25,508 nt of DNA from an uncultured Gemmatimonadota bacterium (GTDB taxonomy: Bacteria > SM23-81 > DAOVCL01). The translations under genes and the position numbers were made by a program. The stretch lies in NCBI GenBank assembly GCA_964626665.1, contig CAZVGK010000037.1, forward strand, positions 1-25,508, in the 5' to 3' direction. Below the pieces are notes generated by a model. That model was not told the origin of the DNA. It ran no database searches and saw only the letters and a program-made list of their open reading frames with translations. Numbering within the stretch: position 1 is the stretch's first letter; the number at the start of each line of letters is the position of its first letter. This document shows, piece after piece, positions 1-7,730 of the stretch.

Positions 1-146
1 TTCCTCTTAATTATCAGAGAGTTACGGTGAAATCGCCTCTGGAAGATCCGCTTCATAACCCAATTTAGCGGTTAAAGTTCACAGGGAGTAGCGGCAAAGC
101 ATCCATCGGCTGCCACTGGGCTTAAGGACAACCTTAATCCAACCAA

Positions 147-230
147 TGCGAGAGGGGGGACTTGAACCCCCACTCCTTTCAGGGAACTGGATCCTAAGTC
201 CAGCGCGTCTGCCAGTTCCGCCACTCTCGC
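147..230 (-). tRNA. tRNA-Leu (anticodon TAG), CCA not encoded
   Basis: Reverse complement GCGAGAGTGGCGGAACTGGCAGACGCGCTGGACTTAGGATCCAG...GGGGGTTCAAGTCCCCCCTCTCGCA. It shows the acceptor stem GCGAGAG/CTCTCGC, anticodon arm CTGGA-CTTAGGA-TCCAG, a long variable arm and T-loop TTCAAGT. Confidence 0.97.
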
Positions 231-238
231 CTGAGCTA

Positions 239-267
239 AAGATAATCCCCAAGGCCATATTAGTCAA
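239..267 (-). promoter_or_regulatory. sigma70-like promoter of tRNA-Leu
   Basis: TTGACT-N17-TATCTT on the minus strand, ending 8 nt upstream of the tRNA 5' end. Confidence 0.6.
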
Positions 268-433
268 GAAAAAGATTTGTAGATTGAAGGGGACTACCAG
301 CGAGGGGGAACCGTAACCAGACAATAGCCACAGATTACACGGATTTCACTGAATCTTTGGAATCCAAATGACACGAATAAACGAATCTACACAAATGGAT
401 AAGAAAACACCTATTCGCCATAGAATCTCTTGT

Positions 434-490
434 CGAGGTGGCAGAACCCCGATTCTGCCACCGCCTCCTGGCCGTCAGATGAGGGCATCT
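434..490. repeat. Palindromic repeat family P (GAGGTGGCAGAA-N6-TTCTGCCACC), copy 1
   Basis: The same hairpin recurs at 16376-16440 (also sharing a second hairpin, CAGRTG-AGGG-CAYCT), at 25309-25335, and as an inverted degenerate copy at 11871-11900. Confidence 0.85.
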
Positions 491-511
491 ACCAGCTCAG
501 AGTGAGCTTTT

Positions 512-637
512 TTCTATCCGGCTTTAGCCGGGGCCGATAGGGTTTTAGCCCGTTTGGAGTGCTGTGACCCCTGTCACAGCTTGCGTCAACAGGAGTTGAC
601 GCACTCCATAGTAACCCGCACTAAAGTGCGTAGAAGT
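512..637. repeat. Multi-hairpin REP/MITE-like element with a nested TGGAGTGC...GCACTCCA element (555-608)
   Basis: Hairpins CCGGCTTTAGCCGG, GGGTTTTAGCCC and CGCACTAAAGTGCG occur in the same order as in the inverted copy at 17781-17875. The inner element has two perfect hairpins and terminal inverted repeats. Confidence 0.75.
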
Positions 638-785
638 CTTCTCCTCAAGACAACCTGAGAAACTTTGTTAAAAAACAAGACCATGCAAAATTGTAGTAGG
701 GGGGACAGAGGTCAACAGTCAGGATTTCATCAGTTGTCGGCTGCCGGCAGCCAGTGTTTTCTCTGACCCCCGGCAACTGTTACCC

Positions 786-3389
786 TTAATCCAACCATCT
801 CTCGATCTCCCTCATAACCATCATCTCATCCCCACAGATTACAGGCTTGTGGGGAAAACCTTTAAGGAATAGCTCCCCATAGTCCCTCTCTATCAACCGA
901 CGATCCAAGAGGAGGATAACCCCTTTATCCTGACCTCCCATCAACCCCTGCAAGGTCCGCCGCCACCTATCGATGACCTCGGGGAGCAGATAGCTGCGGA
1001 AGGGATCCATCCCCTTCTTCCTCCAATCCTCCATCTTGGCCTCAACCAGGGGCTCCTGGGGGTGGGGAAAGGGAAGCTTGACCAGGATAAGAAGCCGGGC
1101 TAACAGATCTCCCGCTCTCCAAAGGCTATTGGTAGTCAGAACAACGGAGGGAGAGGAACGGAGCGCCTCCCTAACTCTTGACCTGGGCCCATCGAACCCC
1201 TCGGCCCAGAGGCCAACCTCATCCCACCAAAGCCAGGGGGTCAGTTGGTGATAGACCAATTGAAGCAACCGAGAGGAAGGAAAAATGCTGAGGACCCTCT
1301 CACGGAATCTCAACCCAATCCCTCTAATCAGGTGGCCTACCCCCTCCGGGAATTTATCGGACCCAGGAGGGGGAAGGTAGGAGGGGAGAAGAAGGGCCCA
1401 CGAGGGAGATGGAGAGGGAAGGGTATAATAGGTCAGACCCCTTCTTAGGAGGTTGAGACCAAGCTTTTGGGTCAGATAGGAAGAATCCACGCCTCTGGAG
1501 AGGAAGACCCCGGCAGAAAGGTTTTGGTAGAGGCTCCGCTTCAGCCTCTGGGCTATATTTAAAGGGAGGGAGACAAGCTTAGCCACTGGTTCCTTCCCTC
1601 TTAGCTCCACCCACCAGACCCAATCCTCTCCCTTTGGGTGGAGAAGATGGTTTACCTGAGCTGTAATTTCCCCATAGTCTGCCGCCTGGGCCTGAAAGAA
1701 GGGTTTCAGCTTATCCCCATCTGACAGCTCCGCTGAGATCTCGGCCAATTCCTTCCCCACCTGGGCCAGCCTCTCGGCAAGGGGGTCATCCCTCAGAGGC
1801 CATTGGGGACCATATCTGATCCTCTGGGGCCCCCTCTGGCCACCTACCTTCTGCAGGGCCCATTGGGATAGCCTGCTGGAAAAGGCTTTATTGGCCCTCC
1901 TTGCCGCGACCACCACCCCCTTAAGGGCCAGGACCTTATGGAGAAGCATCCCTCTGGAGGGAGCGGTTTTCAGGCCCCTGATGAGCAGGGGAAGGAGCCC
2001 CATCTCCCGTGCTCCCCCGATGTATAGCTCCTTCAAGATGGAGGAGAGCTCCTCGTAGTTAAACTCCACCCGCAGAGATTGGGTTGCAGCCCTCTCCAGA
2101 TCATCTGCCTCCGCGGCGATAAGGTAGCGGTAGGGGGGCAAGGTAGGACGGTCTGAGGTCAGATCGGAGCAAAGGAGGGAATGGTCCGCTAGAATAACCT
2201 TTGCCTCCTGGGAAAGTTCCTCCTGGTTGATCACCCAACAGCGGGGATAGTATCCACACTTCTCCCCCAAACAAAAGCCCCCCCTGGCACTCAGTTTCCG
2301 CCAGAGGCCATATTCATGAAACCTGTGGAAACCGAAGTTTTCCGCTATATCGCCTGACCTGGTCTGGTTTGCCCAGACTATCAAGGGAAGGATAGCCTCT
2401 CTCTCCCTCTCGTTGAGGAGAAGATCTGCCTCGGCCAGGACGGTAAAAAATCTCTTCAAGCAGAGGTAGTTGTCCCTTCCCCGGACAAAGACGGCCTGGG
2501 CCAGGGGAGGGAGATCTCGCAGGGTGCTGGGAGAGGCCGAGATGACCACCCTGGCGGAGCTCCTCTCGGCCCAACCGATCACCGGCTGAGGCCAGACAAA
2601 CTCTCCCCCTACTCCCCCAATCAAGACAAACCGGGATTGATCAAAGGCATCGGTTATCCCTTTGGCCAGGGGATTGGCCCCTGAGGTCGCCCCTCCCGGA
2701 GGGATATGCCTACCCAATCTTTGCGGGGAAAGATCCCTAAAGAGCTTGGCATCCTTCACCGTTGGAGGGGTAGCCCATCCAGCAAGCCCCTGGAAAAGGG
2801 AGTTCAGGGGCCCCTTAGAGGTGAGCTTAATCAGCCAAGAGATTACCTGGGGGGGAAGATGAGCCAGATCGGCAAGGAGAAGGGGGAAGAGCTGGGCCAC
2901 CACCTGGGCATCGGAGAGGGCCCGATGTCCCCCCTGAGAGGGGAGCCTATAGCAAGAGGCCAAGGTGGAGAGCTTGTGGTTTCTTAAGGTAGGAAGGGCT
3001 ATACGGGAGAGCTGCAGGGTATCATAGCCCGTAAATCGGGGAAGGTCTAGCCCAGCTTGGTGGGCAGCCTCTTTAAGGAAGGAAAGGTCAAACGGGAGGT
3101 TGTGGGCTATCAGGGGTAATTCCCCCACAAATCTAAAGAATTGGGGAAGCACCCCGGCCACCGGAGGCATCCCGCGGACCTGTTCCGGGGTAATCCCGGT
3201 AAGCCTAACCACAGGAGAGGGAAGGGGAACCCCTGGATCAACTAACTGGCTGAACTCTTTCGCCCATCTCCCCCCTATCACCCTCACTGCCCCTATCTCC
3301 AAGATGGAGTCTTTTTGGGGATTAAGGCCAGTGGTCTCCAAATCGAAGGCCACAAAACTCTCCCCTGGGAACTTCGACCCATTGCTCAC
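786..3389 (-). CDS. DEDDh 3'-5' exonuclease fused to a DinG/XPD-like helicase fold (helicase motifs degenerate)
   Basis: N-terminal FDLETTG, HNLPFD and HRALSD (D16, E18, D101, H155, D160). DinG features: RGRDNYLC, CLGEKCGYYPRC (Fe-S cysteines), KLPFPHP, LLDRRL...YG. Confidence 0.88.
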   Translation of the reverse strand: MSNGSKFPGESFVAFDLETTGLNPQKDSILEIGAVRVIGGRWAKEFSQLVDPGVPLPSPVVRLTGITPEQVRGMPPVAGVLPQFFRFVGELPLIAHNLPFDLSFLKEAAHQAGLDLPRFTGYDTLQLSRIALPTLRNHKLSTLASCYRLPSQGGHRALSDAQVVAQLFPLLLADLAHLPPQVISWLIKLTSKGPLNSLFQGLAGWATPPTVKDAKLFRDLSPQRLGRHIPPGGATSGANPLAKGITDAFDQSRFVLIGGVGGEFVWPQPVIGWAERSSARVVISASPSTLRDLPPLAQAVFVRGRDNYLCLKRFFTVLAEADLLLNEREREAILPLIVWANQTRSGDIAENFGFHRFHEYGLWRKLSARGGFCLGEKCGYYPRCWVINQEELSQEAKVILADHSLLCSDLTSDRPTLPPYRYLIAAEADDLERAATQSLRVEFNYEELSSILKELYIGGAREMGLLPLLIRGLKTAPSRGMLLHKVLALKGVVVAARRANKAFSSRLSQWALQKVGGQRGPQRIRYGPQWPLRDDPLAERLAQVGKELAEISAELSDGDKLKPFFQAQAADYGEITAQVNHLLHPKGEDWVWWVELRGKEPVAKLVSLPLNIAQRLKRSLYQNLSAGVFLSRGVDSSYLTQKLGLNLLRRGLTYYTLPSPSPSWALLLPSYLPPPGSDKFPEGVGHLIRGIGLRFRERVLSIFPSSRLLQLVYHQLTPWLWWDEVGLWAEGFDGPRSRVREALRSSPSVVLTTNSLWRAGDLLARLLILVKLPFPHPQEPLVEAKMEDWRKKGMDPFRSYLLPEVIDRWRRTLQGLMGGQDKGVILLLDRRLIERDYGELFLKGFPHKPVICGDEMMVMREIERWLD

Positions 3390-3395
3390 CTTGGC

Positions 3396-3424
3396 AATAT
3401 AAGGGCAAAGGGGCCATAGCTCAA
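3396..3424 (-). promoter_or_regulatory. sigma70-like promoter, probably leaderless, for the exonuclease-DinG gene
   Basis: TTGAGC-N17-TATATT-N6-GTG start. Confidence 0.5.
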
Positions 3425-3519
3425 GGGGAAAAGCAATTAAAAATTGAGAATTAAAAATATACCCGAGCGGTTAAATCCCCTGATCTAACCGCAGTTGAAT
3501 GAGGGCTCCGCCGCCCCCC

Positions 3520-3611
3520 TTGAACTGTGGGAGAGGGCTCCAGACATTCAAGAGCTTTCAGCCCCGTTTCAATGGGATTCCTGGCGGAAGAGGTAACTCC
3601 TGGCAGCACAC
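3520..3611 (+). ncRNA. Candidate structured RNA/DNA element (hairpin plus four-way junction), copy A
   Basis: The 64-nt core 3548-3611 matches 22626-22689 at 58/64 positions. Most differences fall in loops or give G-U pairs on the + strand. Confidence 0.45.
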
Positions 3612-3686
3612 TTTTATTTTGGTGTTTAATGAATGGGATTGTTTATCCTGATTATCCTGTCTAAAAATGGAAATTCCTAAGCTTCT

Positions 3687-3743
3687 AAGTTAAAATGAAA
3701 TGAAGACCGAAAATCCTGAGGTGCTATTCCCCATTGATCATTG
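3687..3743. repeat. About 55-bp dispersed repeat (AAGTTAAAATGAAATGAA...TGAGGTG...CCCATTGAT), copy 1
   Basis: Second copy at 19917-19970. Both lie just downstream of the stop codon of a minus-strand gene. Confidence 0.75.
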
Positions 3744-3752
3744 TTTATCAGG

Positions 3753-4760
3753 TTACCTGATCACCTTCAGCAGCTCCCCCAAGAGGAGATAGGTCTGGAT
3801 GAGACAGAGGTGGGCATCATCCCTATCGGGCTGAGGGGGGGGATGGAGAAAGACCTCCAACCGATCCTCAAGGCCTTTTAACTGAGCCAAAAGGAGGTTC
3901 CGCCTGGGTCCGGGCTCTGTCTTCTCCCTAATTAGACCGGCCAACCTGAGGAAATACTGCTCCGGGGCCGCTTGCCTCCTCAGGCCATCCTCTCCCTCTA
4001 TGGGCCCCACCTGAAAGGGAGAGACGGTATCGGTAAAGGACCGCAAGAGCTTCCCACATGCGGCAACCAATTCACTCCAATTTCCCCCCTTCTCCTTCAG
4101 TTCCTTATAGGTGGAGACCAACTGGGAGATAGCCAAAGGGCAGAGCTCCTTAAGCTCGCTCTCCACCATCCTCTGGGTAAGGCTCAGGAAATGGTGGGGA
4201 AGACGGGCGAAGTTGAGGGAAGTCCAGGTCCCCCAAACCCAATTGTAGATCTTCCCCTTCACTCTTTCATAGACCAAGAGGTATTCGGTAAGCTGGCGGG
4301 AGATATTTAGCCTCTCCCGGTCGATTTTGTTCAGCGCGCCCTCTATCTGAGGCGCATATTCCTGAGGATAGAAGAGGCCTGGGGGGTACCTGGTCTGGGA
4401 GAGTTCCTCCTTAAACTCCCTGATCTTCTCCTCTATCTCTACCAAGGAGAGCTTGTTTAGATAGGCCCTCTTCTGGCCGGTCTCCTCCTCTTCCCTGGTG
4501 AAGACACGGGCGCTCCTCAGAAGGAGACGGTCGAATCCTATACTGCTCCCCTTTGGCGGGAGGTTGTCCTTGGAGAAACCATCCAGCTCCAGGCCAAACC
4601 AAAGGGATGCCTCCCTGTCTTCCACAAGCCGAGAGAGCCTCAGGCACCTCCTCACCACCGAATTCAACCTCCTTTTCTCCAGCTCGATATCCTCTAAAAT
4701 CCCTTCAACCAGAAGAAGGAGGTCGTCACTCTCCTCGAAATTCAGTTTCTCTCCTTTCAC
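3753..4760 (-). CDS. AbiTii-like N-terminal domain protein with a helical (HEPN-like) C-terminus
   Basis: N-terminal pattern 'ILEDIELEKRRLNSVVRRCLRLSRLVEDREASLWFGLELDGF' resembles AbiTii (LLRK.L..A..L......W...EL.GY). Start is uncertain: TTG 4811, GTG 4760, or CTG 4745 after AAGGAG. Confidence 0.6.
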   Translation of the reverse strand: MKGEKLNFEESDDLLLLVEGILEDIELEKRRLNSVVRRCLRLSRLVEDREASLWFGLELDGFSKDNLPPKGSSIGFDRLLLRSARVFTREEEETGQKRAYLNKLSLVEIEEKIREFKEELSQTRYPPGLFYPQEYAPQIEGALNKIDRERLNISRQLTEYLLVYERVKGKIYNWVWGTWTSLNFARLPHHFLSLTQRMVESELKELCPLAISQLVSTYKELKEKGGNWSELVAACGKLLRSFTDTVSPFQVGPIEGEDGLRRQAAPEQYFLRLAGLIREKTEPGPRRNLLLAQLKGLEDRLEVFLHPPPQPDRDDAHLCLIQTYLLLGELLKVIR

Positions 4761-4874
4761 CAATTTGGGGACCTGCAAAAGCTGTGCCAAAAAATGAGGA
4801 CAAAGAAACAAGGGAAACCCCTGAGATCAGGGACCTACCCAAAATGGCCCTAAAAAAAGGGAGGAAAATTCTTC

Positions 4875-6956
4875 CTATCCTGCCCCTAAAAGCTCCCCCC
4901 CCTCCCGGAATCTGCGTAAAAGTATCCCCATATATGGTTCCTTCAGGACCTGATCTCTGGAGACAAGCTCGAAGGCCTCCTGGCGGGCCTTACGCAGAAG
5001 GGGGCCGTCGGAGGCTAAGTTGGCCACCTTAAACTGGGGCAGGCCATGTTGCCTGGTCCCCATAAACTCCCCCGGCCCCCGCAACCTGAGGTCAGCCTCC
5101 GCTATCCTGAATCCATCGTTTGTCCTACAGATGGTCTCTATCCTCTCCCTGGCCTCTGAGGAGAGGGGATAGGAGACCAGGAGGATGCAGTAGGATTGAT
5201 GTTCACCCCTTCCCACTCTTCCCCTCATCTGGTGGAGCTGGGAGAGGCCAAACCTCTCGGCATGTTCCACTAAGATAATGGCCGCATTGGGGACATCAGC
5301 CCCTACCTCCACCACGGTGGTGGAGACAAGGATGTCTATTTCTTCCCTCCTAAACCGCCCCATTATCTCCTCCTTAATCTCACTCTTCATCCTCCCATGG
5401 AGAAGCTCAACCTTAAATTCTGGGAAGACCTCCTTTCCCAGGTGGGCAGCCATCTGGGTGGCGGCCTTTAGGTCCAGCTTCTCCGACTCCTCCACCAAAG
5501 GGCAGATGACATAGGCTTGTCTCCCCTCGCTAACCTTCTCCCGCAGGAAGGAATAAACCTTTCCCCTGGCCCTCTTGTCCCTCCAGATTGTCTTTACCCT
5601 CCTTCTCCCCGGGGGGAGTTCATCCAGAACTGAGATGTCCAAATCCCCGTAGACGGTGAGGGCTAAGGAACGGGGGATAGGTGTAGCGGTCATCACCAAT
5701 AGATGGGGGGAGGAGCCCTTGCCCTTGAGGGAGGCCCTCTGCACCACCCCGAACTTGTGTTGCTCATCAATGACCGCCAAACCAAGGCCCTTAAAGCTTA
5801 CCCCCTCCTCGATGAGGGCATGGGTCCCAATCACTACCTGCGTTACCCCCTCCCTTATCCCCTCTAAAATTTCCTCCCTTCTGACCCTGGGGATCCCGCT
5901 CACCAATAGGGAGGCCTTTATATCTGCTTGGCCCATAAGGTTACGCAGGGTATGGTAATGCTGCTCCGCAAGGATCTCCGTGGGGGCCATTAAGGCAGCT
6001 TGGTAGCCATTCTCCACCGCCCAGAGGAGGGCGATGAGGGCCACTATGGTCTTCCCTGAGCCCACATCCCCTTGCAGAAGCCGGTGCATTGGCCTCCCCC
6101 TGGATATATCCCCATATATCTCCCGCAACACCTTCCTCTGCGCAGAGGTAAGGTCAAAAGGCAAGCCCTCGATGAACGTTCTCACCAGGTGGCCCGGCTT
6201 TTTAAATTGCAAACCCTTCTCCCTAATCCTTTTCCCCTGACGTAAGGCCATAACCAGCTCCCAGAAGAAGAACTCCTCGAAGGCCAACCTCTCCCTGGCC
6301 TTCCTGGTAAGCTCCCAGGAGGTGGGAAAGTGAAGGTTGCCAATGGCCTCCCGCCGGGAGAGGAGGGAGTTCCTCTGGATCACCTCCGGGGGGAGTGTCT
6401 CCTCAACCTGAGGGAGGAGGGAATCCAGAATCCCCTTGATCAGGCCCCGTAGGGATCTGTTGGATAAACCGATGGCCTTTAAGCCGGCAGTTGAGGGGTA
6501 GAGCGGAATTATCCTCCCGGTATGGATGAGCTCCTCTTCCTCCCCTTCTAAGACCTCAAACTCGGGATGAGGCATCTGCAGGCCGCCAAAGAACCTCACT
6601 GGGCCACTAACCATCACCCTCTTCCCCCCCTGCAGAAGCCCCCTGATGTATCTGTATCCCTGAAACCAGACACACTCGATGAAACCGGTCCCATCCCCTA
6701 AAATCGCCACCAGCCTCCGCCTCCTCCCCCTCTCCTCCCTAATCCCCACCACCTTGGCTAAGATGGTGGCCGTGGAGTTTACCTGGAGGCGGTTTATGGG
6801 GGTAAGCAGGCTACGATCAACATATCTGCGGGGAAGGTAGAGGAGGAGATCCTCCACCGTCTCTACCCCCACCTCCCTGAGGGCTTCGGCTCGCTTCGGC
6901 CCCACTCCCTTCAGAAACTGGATAGGAGTCAAAAGATCAAGCTCTGCTGGGCTCAT
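4875..6956 (-). CDS. recG: ATP-dependent DNA helicase RecG
   Basis: LKGVGPKRA N-terminus, wedge/OB domain, LLQGDVGSGKT, APTEILAEQH, IDEQHKFG, MTATPIPRSL, HQMRGRVGRG, RGPGEFMGTRQHG. Confidence 0.98.
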   Translation of the reverse strand: MSPAELDLLTPIQFLKGVGPKRAEALREVGVETVEDLLLYLPRRYVDRSLLTPINRLQVNSTATILAKVVGIREERGRRRRLVAILGDGTGFIECVWFQGYRYIRGLLQGGKRVMVSGPVRFFGGLQMPHPEFEVLEGEEEELIHTGRIIPLYPSTAGLKAIGLSNRSLRGLIKGILDSLLPQVEETLPPEVIQRNSLLSRREAIGNLHFPTSWELTRKARERLAFEEFFFWELVMALRQGKRIREKGLQFKKPGHLVRTFIEGLPFDLTSAQRKVLREIYGDISRGRPMHRLLQGDVGSGKTIVALIALLWAVENGYQAALMAPTEILAEQHYHTLRNLMGQADIKASLLVSGIPRVRREEILEGIREGVTQVVIGTHALIEEGVSFKGLGLAVIDEQHKFGVVQRASLKGKGSSPHLLVMTATPIPRSLALTVYGDLDISVLDELPPGRRRVKTIWRDKRARGKVYSFLREKVSEGRQAYVICPLVEESEKLDLKAATQMAAHLGKEVFPEFKVELLHGRMKSEIKEEIMGRFRREEIDILVSTTVVEVGADVPNAAIILVEHAERFGLSQLHQMRGRVGRGEHQSYCILLVSYPLSSEARERIETICRTNDGFRIAEADLRLRGPGEFMGTRQHGLPQFKVANLASDGPLLRKARQEAFELVSRDQVLKEPYMGILLRRFREGGELLGAG

Positions 6957-6962
6957 AAAGGA

Positions 6963-6990
6963 AATATAATTATCTCAAAGCTTTAGTCAA
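6963..6990 (-). promoter_or_regulatory. sigma70-like promoter, probably leaderless, for recG
   Basis: TTGACT-N16-TATATT-N6-ATG, with no Shine-Dalgarno sequence. Confidence 0.55.
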
Positions 6991-7062
6991 GGATGGAATG
7001 GGCTAAAATTGTGGTTCATCTAATACCTCTGCCCAGTTAAGGGAGATGATAACGCTCCCCAT

Positions 7063-7096
7063 AAAAAAAACTGCCGCAGGATAACTCCTACGGCAG
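7063..7096 (-). terminator. Rho-independent terminator
   Basis: Minus strand CTGCCGTAGGA-GTTA-TCCTGCGGCAG followed by T8, 30 nt after the CTD remnant stop codon. Confidence 0.85.
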
Positions 7097-7126
7097 CTCA
7101 AGAACCCTTCTTTTCCCCTGCTTAAG

Positions 7127-7496
7127 CTATCTCAAAAGTATCATCTTCCTTGCCTTTGTAAACTCCCCTGCTTCAATTCTGAAAAAGTAGATTCCACCGG
7201 AGACCTCCTTGCCCAGAGTATCACGTCCATCCCAGCTCACAGAGTAGTAACCAGGAGCTTGTTCTTCATCCACCAGGGTCCTTACCTCTTGCCCCAATAA
7301 GTTGTAAATCTTTAGAGTGACGGCGGACGGCCGACCGCTGGTAATTGGTAGCGAATGAGGGTGGTGGGGTTAAAAGGATTGGGGTAGTTCTGGGAAAGGG
7401 AAAAAGAAGTGGGGAGCAGTATTGCTTCATGGTTCTGGTATAAACCTGATTTCTCCTCAACATAGTGGCCTGTTGGAGAGAAAATAAAGTCTCTAC
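7127..7496 (-). pseudogene. 3' remnant of a T9SS-secreted protein (type A sorting / FlgD-Ig C-terminal domain), frameshifted
   Basis: One frame reads [28 protein letters not shown]. After a frameshift near 7330, another frame reads [66 protein letters not shown]. There is no start or N-terminal part. Confidence 0.88.
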
Positions 7497-7560
7497 AGTG
7501 GCTGATAACCCCACATGGTAACCACCCTGGATAGATTCTCTCTCTTCTATCCAGGCAGGC
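7497..7560. repeat. Direct repeat X, copy 1
   Basis: 58/64 identical to 9316-9379. Contains hairpin CCTGGATAGA...TCTATCCAGG. Confidence 0.92.
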
Positions 7561-7730
7561 CGAAGCTGGTCAACGATTAGGGGAGCAAGGTTAAAGACCC
7601 CAGGGGACACAATTGGAAAGAACTTCTGTACTGTCAGGGCTCCTGCCCTGATGGAGATCAATGAAAATAGCAAAAAGCAAGACCTAACCCCTCAACTTCC
7701 TTTCGTTTGGCCAGATCAGAAAAATATCAA

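Noticed and set aside
1-146. Possible att/integration site downstream of tRNA-Leu (GTAACTCTCTGATAATTA)
   Set aside because: At the window edge, with no duplicated tRNA 3' end or integrase visible, so it cannot be supported.
79-324. 81-aa ORF
   Set aside because: Overlaps tRNA-Leu; a shadow ORF.
7266-7673. 135-aa minus-strand ORF
   Set aside because: The recognisable CTD sequence lies in the other two frames; this frame runs through repeat X and has no protein-like features.
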